Of a stretch of DNA of 64,000 nt, positions 54,627 to 64,000 are shown piece after piece. The notes below the pieces were generated by a model. The model ran no database searches. It was given only the letters and a program-made list of their open reading frames with translations, and had not been told where the DNA came from. This DNA comes from Cyanidioschyzon merolae (lineage: Eukaryota), in the NCBI GenBank assembly GCA_000091205.1, contig AP006496.2; one strand, 5' to 3'. How positions within the stretch are numbered: position 1 is the first letter of the stretch; every line of letters starts with the position of its first letter. A program made the position numbers and the translations under genes.

Positions 54627-56406
54627 ATGAGCGTCGATTGCGATCGTTTGCCAGATGAAGCATTTCTAGAAGCGGATGTACACCTCCTAACGCATGATAT
54701 TTCCTGTATGGATGCGTCCGTTGCTTGACAAGGCCAGGGTGATCTCGACTTCGGATCGGATGCTGTTGATGATACGCCAATGATCGAGAGATCATTCGGG
54801 TATCGAAAGCATGATCGGTCTCGTGTACCAGATAGATTGCAATCGCGAATACTGGAACCGAGGAGCACCCCAGTACGCGAGCGCTCGCAACACGTGTCCC
54901 CACTGAGCGAGCGCCTCACTGGGCGACATCGGCCTCGTGGTGAAGCGTCGCAGCGTGCCCCTATTCATAAGCAACGACGATGCTGCAGTCCTGGCGCTGC
55001 GATTGTGCCGTTTGTGGTCTGCTAGTATTATTTTGACACGGTTCGACACCTGATACCGAGGGCTCGCGCTGCCGCGGGATGCCCAGCTCCGGTTTTCGAT
55101 CCCCGCCTTCGAGCGCTGCCTTTCGGATTCAACGACCGGCTCAGCAGCGAGACTAGTGACGAATCGTCTGAAAGCGCTGCTAGGACGCTGCGCACTGCCT
55201 CTGTGTACACGCGTAGGCGGTGGGTATCTGGATGCGACGCGCTCGGCTTTGCTCAGCGGAGCGCTTTTGTGCAACCATTGCGCATGTTGCTGCTCGGTTG
55301 CGACTTGGTCTGGATGGCAGTCTATTCGAGTCTGAAAGTCACGCATTAGGTCATGAGGGTCATTTTCACTTTAGTGACATGCAAAACGGAAAGCAGGTAC
55401 TCAATGTTCCAATGGGGTTTGCTTGCGTGCATCCATAGACGGCCCGCATCAAGCTTCCGCTCGATGCTGTTTCTGGCGCTGAGCATCGCGGGCACGCGGC
55501 ACTCGGCACTGTGAGGTGAGCAGCGACCTGCGCGAGCGCAACACATTACGGCCGCAGGAAGAGGTGTCGATCAAAGGGGTCGAACGGATTCCACTGCCCA
55601 TGGGTCACTCGGTGAAGCCGTTCGCATGTACCCGTTCCCAGTCATCATCAGCGTGTTGGGTATCGATCAGCGTTTGCGTTTCGCGCTTGAAGCAACTGCC
55701 TCTCTTCATATACCACGGATGCATCCGTATGCTCGGCTTGTATGGACCACGAACTGGATCCCATGTCAAGCAGGCAAACGGACGCGCTCTTTCGTGACCA
55801 ATACACAGCATCTGCTGAGCGTCGCTCGATCGCTTTCTTCCTTCCAGTCCGCGAATGCTCCGATGCGTGCTCGTTCGACGCGAAGTCGCACCAGAGAAAC
55901 TGCATCGAACAGAGTCCGTCATGCATCGTCGCAGGAAACACAGCATTATCATAAACACGCACGCTGCCTCGGGTCTTTTGAGCCTTGCGCACATCAAAAG
56001 TCAACAGGCCCGCTGCCGGGTGCATCGCGACGATCGTCAGCGATCAGTGCGTACCGTCCGAGATCGTGATTCCCTAACCAGCATGAGCGCGTCGTTCCTT
56101 GTACATCATCCACACTATAGTGCTGCGTCATCCACGCTCAGTGCTCACACGACGCGCCCAGCTCTAACAGATGCGCCGCCTGACTATTGCGCAGACAACC
56201 GGAGGCACACATCCGCGAAACCAGACATCGCCGGTATTTCCCCAGGCAAGTCATTTGCTGAACGCGCGGTCATTCAAGGGAGCCTATCGGGAAATGCCTA
56301 GAAATGACGAGCCCCTATGGCAGGTGCATGAGCCTTCACTGCCACCGTTCTATGCCTTCTGTCCTGAGACGCGCCGGCGCTGTCGCGGCCGTCGGTAAGC
56401 CAGCGC

Positions 56407-57075
56407 TCAAGCACCAGCGCTGTAACAATGCTGGCTGGGATCCGAGCCCAAGATGACGTAGGTGTAAATTTCGTCGTTCAGCATTTGTGCGGTATACGAT
56501 GCGATAAACTTGTACCGACCAGAGGTCAGCGCTGAACGGAATACCCGTTCCATCTCTGGAACCACCAGCATTGCAGCTTCAAAGGCCTCCCGTCCAAAGA
56601 GGCCCTCGCCGCCGTATGCATACGGACTCGACCAGTTGAAATAGTGCGCTGGCAACTTTGTGGCATGCGCAGCGCCCATATAGTCGGTGCTGGTCCAGCC
56701 GCCCACGGCGAGCGCTGACTCGACAGCTGCCCGTCCGAGCGCACTGCAGTTGCCAGCGGCCACGTCTGCTATCGGACACTCCACCATGTTATCCACGACG
56801 TTCGCAGCACCAATGATCAGTCCCTTGTTCAGACACAGGTCATGATCAAGGTCTGCAAGCGCATTCATGATGGTAAAGTCGTATTGCGACACGTTCAGGG
56901 CCATAGCGTCGGTCTCGTTGATGTAGATGCCACCGAGCGCCCTGCTCGGCACCCGCAGGATACTCTCTTCGAGCGTCTCGAGGTTCAGCGGCGTAACCAC
57001 TGTCGCAGCACAACGAGACAAACATCCCGCAAGCCCCCACAGGCTAAGAAAAGCGAAAAGAAGCCACGCTCGCAT
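56407..57075 (-). CDS. secreted protein, paralog A of a small family (signal peptide, N-glycosylation sites, conserved C-terminal LGxDPSQHCY)
   Basis: 222 aa from the ATG at 57075, which starts 'MRAWLLFAFLSLWGLAGC' (a signal-peptide-like hydrophobic N-terminus). It shares 'LN.SQ..FT..NAL..L...LCLN', 'CSAL', 'GWTST', 'YFNWS' and 'LGSDPSQHCY' with the ORF at 62544-63191. The ORF-track extension to 57528 is probably non-coding. Confidence 0.5.
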   Translation of the reverse strand: MRAWLLFAFLSLWGLAGCLSRCAATVVTPLNLETLEESILRVPSRALGGIYINETDAMALNVSQYDFTIMNALADLDHDLCLNKGLIIGAANVVDNMVECPIADVAAGNCSALGRAAVESALAVGGWTSTDYMGAAHATKLPAHYFNWSSPYAYGGEGLFGREAFEAAMLVVPEMERVFRSALTSGRYKFIASYTAQMLNDEIYTYVILGSDPSQHCYSAGA

Positions 57076-57439
57076 ATTAATCAGAACAGAGCCACGTTCC
57101 AGGAAAAACAGCAATGTCTCTATCGTGGGTGGTGCTGCATTGGGGATCAAGGCGCACCGCGTGTGCGTGCGTCTGTGCGCGGAGCGCCCTGCGGCGAACA
57201 GGCCCCGGTGCAGGCCCTGCGAGACGCCGCGGTGGCACCACCGGCGCACGCCTCGGGAGCCGGCACACTCGATCCGTGGCGATCGAACAGGCCCAGCGGC
57301 AGCGCCAAAATGGGCGTTCGGGACGTCGGCGGCGCCACCAGCATCAGCGATCGGCGCCAGATTAGGAAGCGATGCGTGCCGGCGCGCGCTGTTTCCGACG
57401 TTCCAGGCGTCGACGCGTCGATGTCGGTGGTGGTGGCTG

Positions 57440-60250
57440 CGGGCGCCTGCATCTCCACTTAGGTGAGGGCGGTACTGAGATGGGCAGGAGCGTCGGCACC
57501 AGCGACATAGCATAGAGCAGGAGTGCATTCTACGTGAATTTCCAATCTAGGACACCTGATTTCAGCTGCAGTGCGATGCGAACACGCATGTGCCAATGCG
57601 GCTTCGGACACGTGTGCTTCATCGATCGGAGCAGCGTCTCGTGCAGTGCACGCATCGCGCTCGGTGAGCGCACCCCGGAGATCAGGCAGTCCATTGACGC
57701 GACGCGTATGTCGCCAATGAGGGGAAACGTGATCTTGATCAGTAACGTGTAGCCGCAATGTAAAATTGTAATTTCATTGAGTTCGTATCCAGGTATAGTT
57801 TTTATTTCAATTGTGCTTCACCCTTAAAACAAGCGTAGTCAAGTGTTTTCTCGCGGTATATAACAGAAGCGTTCAAAGAACGTTCTTTTTCAAAAAAAAA
57901 TCTAAAAAAAGGAAAGTTATGAAAAAGCAAGTCGACGATCCTGGAGGCCCAGTGTCGCTGGCTGCCAGAAAAAACGAAAAACAGTGCCGTGCCCAGAAGA
58001 AAAGGAGAAGAAAAAGAACCGAAGGGGAGAGGTCCTACGTCGAAGGCGGCAAGAAAGACGACTGTACGACGAGAAGGTGATGAGAGCCTTTCTTCTTGGC
58101 CATATCAGGGATCCGTACAGGGAAAAGTTGCGAGACGCTATCGAAAAACGCGTCGACTCGTACCCCAAGAGTATTGTCAAGGCGTCGTCAGGGCTCATGC
58201 ATTTGGCGAGGGAGATGTATCGCGACGTGACGCACATCGAAACGGTCGAGCTTCCGGACGAGTTTTTCGACATCACCTTTATTCGACACCTGATGCTTGG
58301 CACAGGGGAAGCGCGGAGGGAAAATGTGCTAGTGCATGGCCCCCACGAAAAACATCCCTTTTACAGCTTCCAGGGTAATCGATACAGCGATGACGGAAAT
58401 ATTTACACATGCGGGGTAATGAAGTACATCACGAACCCGAAGAACCATTTTACAGTGAACCTCGAACGTTTCATGATACGCGCCGTGTTTCCACTCTACC
58501 CGGGCCTGTCTCGCAAAGAAATACGGGCGATTATCAATGGCATCACGAAGGATCGTAAGCATAAAGATGAGGTCGAATTCGTCGACAAGAAGCCGTCACG
58601 CAGGAGCACGAATGAGGATTCTGTAATCCGTGCGGTTGTACAAGAGCACCGTGCGGTACTGGGGCTGGCGAGTCCAACGGAAAAGATATCAGATTTAAAA
58701 AAAGATAAGGAAAGATACTATCGCCTCGTCCCGCGATATTTTGTGTTTCTGGACCGAGAGCTCGAACGCAAGGCAGAGGTGAAGCTGAATGGGAAAAATG
58801 ACGAGTGGGAGAGACGGAGGGCTTTCCTAATGGGAAGCGCTTCAACCTCGTTCCAATGTGCAACATCAAGTCACATTTTGTGAGTATCGACTCCAGGATC
58901 CTTCATGGCATCATCAGGGAGATCTGTCCGGAGTTCGATATAAGGGAGACAGAGTTCACCGGTGAAAACCGGGAGACATACTGGAAGAATATCTTCAATT
59001 TCAAACGTCTCAAAGTGACCAAACAAAAGGTATTTACTGGGTTGATCGAAACCGATGGAGTAGCCATGTGTATACACTATCAGCGTTTGAAGAAAGATCG
59101 TCCTGGTCCGCCCTCGGCGAACCACGAAGATGAGACGGAGGCGGTTCCTGCCACGTAGAAAGTGCAGGAAAACGACTTTGTCGTTGGTGCGGCGAAGCAT
59201 AAAGATGAGGAGGAGGAGGATCCTGCGACGCATGAGGTGGAGGATAACGACTTTGTGGTAGGCGTGAACCCCGGGAACACGAATATCATAACCATCGCTG
59301 TATCCAAGCGTGCAGAAGATGGTACTGACGGCAACTTGCGTCAGAAGACATGCGACTTTTGAGGTGCTCGAGAGCAAAATGCTATCGAGAATCCGGTATC
59401 ATGAATGCAAGGAAGAAAATTGAGACATGGAATGCAGTAATGAAGGATCACCCGGAAGCTTTGAGCGAGGTGACGAGCCGCGGCGGGGACTTTAACGCTT
59501 TTCTGAAAATCATGAAACTTCGCGTTGCTCGTTGGGATGCGCTGTGGGAGGAGTATACAAAGCCTCGGTGGGCTCGTCAACGTATGAAACTATACTGTGG
59601 TAAGCGGCGCGCGTTCGCGAATTTTTTCAATCAGTTGAGCGCCCTCAAAGAGGATGAAAGTCAGAGGCTCGTAGTAGCATACGGAGCAGGGCGCTGGAAG
59701 ATCCAAAAAAGGACTACGCCAGCTCCATCGACAAGAACGTATAAGGAGTGTGCACGGCGTTTTGCTACAATACCTGTTGATGAGTTCCGAACATCGTATA
59801 CACACCATGAACGGTGATGTACGCTCCAGAGAGTCGAGATGAAAAAGCGCCAGAGGAGCCCTGAGGATATAAAAAAGTACGGAGCGCAAACGGAAGAGCA
59901 AATGGAAAGGAAAGCGAAAGTTCGTGGACTGATCGCATTGGCGAGTACAATCAATGGCAAGAAACGTATCGAATTCGTGAACCGAGACTTTAACGCCGCC
60001 ATCAATAGAAGGAGATGTGCGGCGATGGAGACGAGACCTGCGGAGTTGACAAGAGAGAATTTTATGGGGCAACCTCTCAAGGTGGAATTATACGATACGA
60101 AGCTGAAGTCAGTAGTAGGTGGCCGGTCGAGAAAGACGGGGAGGCGTCTGCATTTCAGTTGGAGACGTCTCGTCTAGGACGAGTTCGCCGCCACTGCTGT
60201 ACACCGCTGGCGGCAGCGTTGTTCTTTTGGAAAGCGTTTGTTGTTCGTGG
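57440..60250 (+). mobile_element. Fanzor/TnpB-like (OMEGA-family) nuclease element, copy 2, inverted relative to copy 1
   Basis: It has the same architecture and flanking non-coding homology as copy 1 at about 80-90% nucleotide identity. The RuvC-I motif reads '[15 protein letters not shown]' (Asp to Asn). The RuvC-III motif 'FVNRDFNAAINRRR' is present. There is an in-frame TGA at 59816-59818. Confidence 0.65.
57919..60180 (+). pseudogene. Fanzor/TnpB-like RuvC nuclease coding region, copy 2 (frameshifts plus in-frame stop)
   Basis: The ORF pieces are 57984-58883, 58805-59158, 59162-59362, 59350-59817 and 59839-60177. There is a 1-bp deletion in 'ggaaag' after AFLMG relative to copy 1, and a TGA within '...THHER*CTLQRVEM...' where copy 1 reads HHEMGCTLQTVEM. 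Confidence 0.6.
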
Positions 60251-62543
60251 TGCTCTTGCCGTTTGTCTCATGCGCGTTTGAAGGTGCGAATTTAGCAAGT
60301 CGAGTTGGGCTCGTCACGGGTGTGTGTGCACCGCAGGCGCGGGCAACGTGGTACACGACGCTCGTACCTCCACGGATGCTTCCAAGTGAACCACTGGTGC
60401 CGGACTGGTGTTCCTCTCAGAGATAGTGGTTTAACCGTTTCCGTTTCCCCGCGGTTGCTGAGCGCAGAAGGGACAGCTTTGCTGTACGAATGGACGAATA
60501 TCGCTTCGAGGTGCACTGTCCAGCATACCGGGCATAGAGGCTGATAGATCGGGCGCTTTGGTATCGGTGCGTTGCGAAACCGCGCAAGGTTCAAGAAGCA
60601 TGCAGTCCGCTTTACTTTCTGGATTTTTGGCACCAGTGCCCATATACGGTTGCTCGAACCGAATACAGTGCTTTCGCTAGGCGCTAGCGGCAACGGAGCT
60701 CAATGATCATGCGCTGCTCCAGTGTCAGAGAGAAATGGAGCTGGTGTGCTGATTCGGGTGTATTCGCTGAAGTTTTGATTTCTTTCCCTTGTGATGCGCA
60801 CCAGCTTTTGCGGACATCTTCCGCGCCCGCTTCCTTTTCGTATCTCGCATATCGGCCTCGGAATACGCCGGTGCCGTGTCTCGCCTCAGCTGCGGTGTCA
60901 GCAGCGGAAGGATGTTGATGACAGCGTTGGAGCCCGCGTTTCGTTGTTTCCCACTGCTGTTGGAGCATTTTACGCAGAGGCGCAAGTTCCTATCTACGAT
61001 TCGCTTTCCTTTTTCTGCTTCATTGTATGGAGCGTCGGTGTGCTCTTCACAGCCGTCATACGTGACTGTGGTGAGGTGTTTTCGTATATCCATCACTAGA
61101 CCCTTTCTCCTCCTCCTCCAAGGTTTTTTTGCGATGTGGCGCATGAACGCTTGCATCAGCGCTCGGTACGTGTCCTCGACTGGTACAGATGGCTCTTTTC
61201 GATGTTTTCATCAGGCGCCGCGCCCGGTGCTGTGCCCAGTGATCACGGCTCGCGTCAGACGATTCCCTCGGCGAGTACTCTGTCCACCGCACATGCAAGC
61301 GAAGGCTGTTCCACTCGATACGGGATTAGCGGCACCCGATATCGTCCGTAATCAAACAAGTGCGGGAAGGGTAATCCAGTTTAGAGAAAAGTTGAGAACA
61401 TTCGATCCGTCTCCGTTCCCTTCGCGCACAGCAATGACGCACTCTCTAAAGGGAGCGGTCGCTTCGATGACGCAAGTCGCACTCTGAATCCAAGACGATT
61501 TTCCATGCGAACACACGGGACGAGAGCCCGCTGGAGCAGTTCCCGCAAAATGTTTCGTACAGGTGTGAGATTTCTTTTCGTAGACGACCGCTAAAAGAGG
61601 CGGATTTGTGTTTTTCGAACGGAATCGATAAATTGACATGACAAGTTCAGTGGTCTTTTGGCAAGAGTTTTTGATCAAGAGGTCATGGTGCGACGTCGAG
61701 GATGCTTCTGCGTCATTCCAGCGGGGCGAGTTGCCGCGCGCACGAGTTTCCATGCAGGATATTGATCGAAAACTTGAAGAATACATGGTTTGAGCGTGGG
61801 GCACGTAGGGATCGGAAAAGGACGGAGGAACACAGGTATGCATTGGATAACGATATCGGTTATTTCACGAACCCTCGCTCGAGGGCGTCGCAAATCATCG
61901 CGATTCAACGGACGTCACGAATTCCAGCTCTGTACTGTATCGAAAGAGCCTCCCAAAGTAAATATGGCCGAGAATCACTGACCTACATATCCATCCGTAC
62001 GCCCGTATTGTTGCGCTTAGAATACCGCGGTTGTAGACCCAAGAACGCGTTCGGAATAGAGTCGGAAAGCAGGAGCAGAGTGAGCAGTTCAGTGCTCCAG
62101 TTGAGAGCCTGGCACGCGTATGAGCTCGACGCGCGCATCCATCGCCTGCCGCCGTGCACGGCAATTTGCCAGCGGCGGAAATCATCGCGCCATCGACAGG
62201 AGCCACTGTGCGCGCTGAACGACGTCGCCTTGCTGTGGGCGCGCCTCGACCCGAACGCGTCGGTGTTTGCTTCACAAAATCGCGTGCAGCAAAGGCATCG
62301 AAAGACGGGGATTCGGAGCGGCTCATGAGCGCGCGCACCATGGAATGCGTGACACGTGTCCCACAGCGGCGCGGTGACGTGCACGTGCCGAATTTGGCAG
62401 CGCTGTGTGTTGTATTGGGATGTGGATGCGGTGCGAAACGCTCGGTGTGTATCGACACGAACGCATTTGCATGTTTTTTTGCGACTGTAGCAGATACTTC
62501 AAGGCTAACCTGTGTCTTCGACTACAAGTCGTTTATTATTCCG

Positions 62544-63191
62544 ATGGTTTCGAACAGGTCTGCGTTTAGGCTAGCCGTGCTCGCTCTTGCGCTGATACTC
62601 TTTACTATGATCTGGGACGCTGCTGTCTATCGGGGAACCTCAGCGCTGCCGCTGAGCACCCAGGTACGCGCTGCAGAGAACAGAACGCACCACCTCCCCG
62701 ATGCCGTTGCAGCGGCGCTCAACTACACGCAGTTCGAGTACACGCTCGCAAACTCACTGTATAAAATCAACCCGCATATATGCCTGAACTATGCCTTGTC
62801 AGTTGCGGCAGCGAACCTGGCGGATCTCCTCACCTACTGCACGCCAGATCAGGTTGGGAATAACAGCTGTAGCGCTCTGACGCCCGGTGCTATCGCTCGG
62901 ACGCTGCTCGCTGCGGGATGGACCAGCACGAATATCCAGCTCGTGGACCTCGCAGCCAAGGTGCCAGCAAGGTATTTCAATTGGTCGACCAGTGACGGGC
63001 TCTCGGGTCTGCAAGCGTACCACGTCGGTCTTCAAGCTGCACCATACGTTGTGAACCAACTGCGGCCTTACCTACATAGTGGACAACTCAACCTGGTTGG
63101 GGTAGGTGCAGTGGCTCTCCGCACAGACTACGTGTACGCGATGGTTGCCCTGGGCGGGGATCCATCGCAACACTGCTACGAAGCGAGCTAG
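62544..63191 (+). CDS. secreted protein, paralog B of the same family as 56407-57075
   Basis: 215 aa from the ATG at 62544, which starts 'MVSNRSAFRLAVLALALILFTMIW' (signal peptide). It has several N-x-S/T sites and the same conserved blocks, ending 'LGGDPSQHCYEAS*'. Confidence 0.5.
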   Translation: MVSNRSAFRLAVLALALILFTMIWDAAVYRGTSALPLSTQVRAAENRTHHLPDAVAAALNYTQFEYTLANSLYKINPHICLNYALSVAAANLADLLTYCTPDQVGNNSCSALTPGAIARTLLAAGWTSTNIQLVDLAAKVPARYFNWSTSDGLSGLQAYHVGLQAAPYVVNQLRPYLHSGQLNLVGVGAVALRTDYVYAMVALGGDPSQHCYEAS

Positions 63192-64000
63192 TGAACGGCG
63201 TATCGTGGCATGCAGGCATCGGGCTTGCGAACGGGCGCATGGTGTCGATCTGCACGGTGAGCGGGATGTACGAGGCGCTGCCCATCACTGCGCACAGCGG
63301 TACCCCATGGGAATGCTCGCTCCGCGCTGTGACGCAGCGAGTGCCGGCGACAGACACCGTGCCATGCCGTGCTGTGCTTTGCTGCCTGTGTATTGGAAAC
63401 GTGTATGGTTGGAATCCTCGGTGCTGGAGCACCGACAAACTCGACACCTTGGAGTATCGCCATGTGAGCTATGCGGATACGGGACACGCGTGCGTGCAGA
63501 CGTGTCCGTGCATCGACGCTTGTGACAGCGCCACGAAGGCTAGCGTGCGATCCTTGGTATCTTGGCGCCTTCTGCAGGCACCAGGCGCCGCCGACGGAAA
63601 GCGCATCGGGGCATGTTCTGCACGCAATGGTGCTCGCTCTCGAGAGCGTGCTGCGGGAGATACGGACGGCATTCGAGTGCAAACCAGCGGTGGACGTGAC
63701 GTGGGATCCGCATCGTGTGTTTATTAGCTTTTGTCTGCTGCAGTCGGATGTCGTTTCTATGTCGTCGACGCGAATGCTCCCTATCACATTTCTGGGGTAT
63801 TTTTGGGACACCCACTTTTACTAGCAGCCCACTGATGCGCACCGTCTCTCGGCAGGATGAGGCAGCATCGATTCCGAGGCGTGCGCGTCGCGACTCGGCT
63901 GCACGCACTGGCGGGCATGCAGCTCGATGCATGCATGCATGCGGTCAAGTTGAAGCGGCTGCTGAACGCATTTTACGGGATGATCATATCGACTGCCTGT

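Noticed and set aside
54264-54728. 154-aa (+) ORF spanning the 67-bp tandem repeats
   Set aside because: The reading frame is generated by the repeat itself. It is antisense and upstream of the thioredoxin gene and has no independent support.
57076-57528. N-terminal 151-aa extension of the ORF-track call 56407-57528
   Set aside because: It is His/Arg-rich with no signal, and lies upstream of a clean signal-peptide ATG at 57075. It overlaps the conserved 5' leader of Fanzor copy 2. Treated as non-coding.
1-64000. Prokaryotic defence-island or operon interpretation of the window
   Set aside because: The evidence points to a eukaryotic nuclear origin: tubulin, a dynamin, PEX11, Mic60, AATF, a Yju2-like protein, kilobase-scale intergenic spacing, signal-peptide secreted proteins and polyQ tracts. 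The TnpB-like nuclease is therefore interpreted as a eukaryotic Fanzor, not a bacterial IS605 TnpB.

Overview
This window is intron-poor, GC-rich (about 58-60%) nuclear DNA from a eukaryote, not a prokaryotic locus. Genes are long single-exon ORFs 1-3 kb apart, with frequent trinucleotide-repeat low-complexity tracts. Recognisable host genes, in order: a phospholipid scramblase; a DsbA-like thioredoxin-fold protein; a DRP5/ARC5-type dynamin; a divergent beta-tubulin; a standalone PurM (AIR synthetase); a Mic60/mitofilin-like protein; an alpha/beta hydrolase; a Yju2/CWC16-like zinc-ribbon protein; a CRTISO-like FAD oxidoreductase; PEX11; AATF/Bfr2; a 3504-aa low-complexity giant protein with a Myb/SANT-like domain; an AVL9/DENN-like protein; an organellar bL12/ClpS-fold protein; a steroid-5-alpha-reductase-like C-terminal domain protein; a thioredoxin; and two paralogous secreted proteins. 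The CRTISO, standalone PurM, DRP5-type dynamin and bL12/ClpS-fold protein together suggest a plastid-bearing lineage, possibly a red alga or similar protist; this is a weak inference. The most notable feature is two diverged copies of an AT-richer, roughly 2.8-3.0 kb element encoding a Fanzor/TnpB-like (OMEGA-type, RuvC-fold) nuclease. They lie in inverted, head-to-head orientation at about 48.8-51.8 kb (minus) and 57.4-60.25 kb (plus), bracketing a 5.6 kb segment that carries the thioredoxin, the SRD5A-like gene and one secreted paralog. The two copies share conserved 5' and 3' non-coding extensions; the 3' one is a candidate omega-RNA region. Each has its own frameshifts and one carries an in-frame stop, and copy 2 has a D-to-N change at the predicted RuvC-I catalytic aspartate. 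Both copies also share two frame discontinuities that could be introns or programmed frameshifts. There are also several tandem repeat arrays: 147 bp x4, 67 bp x3, a 28/31-bp array, a 51-bp duplication and a (TG)n microsatellite. I found no rRNA, tRNA or CRISPR features. The supplied ORF track uses alternative start codons (GTG), so many ORF 5' ends are unreliable.
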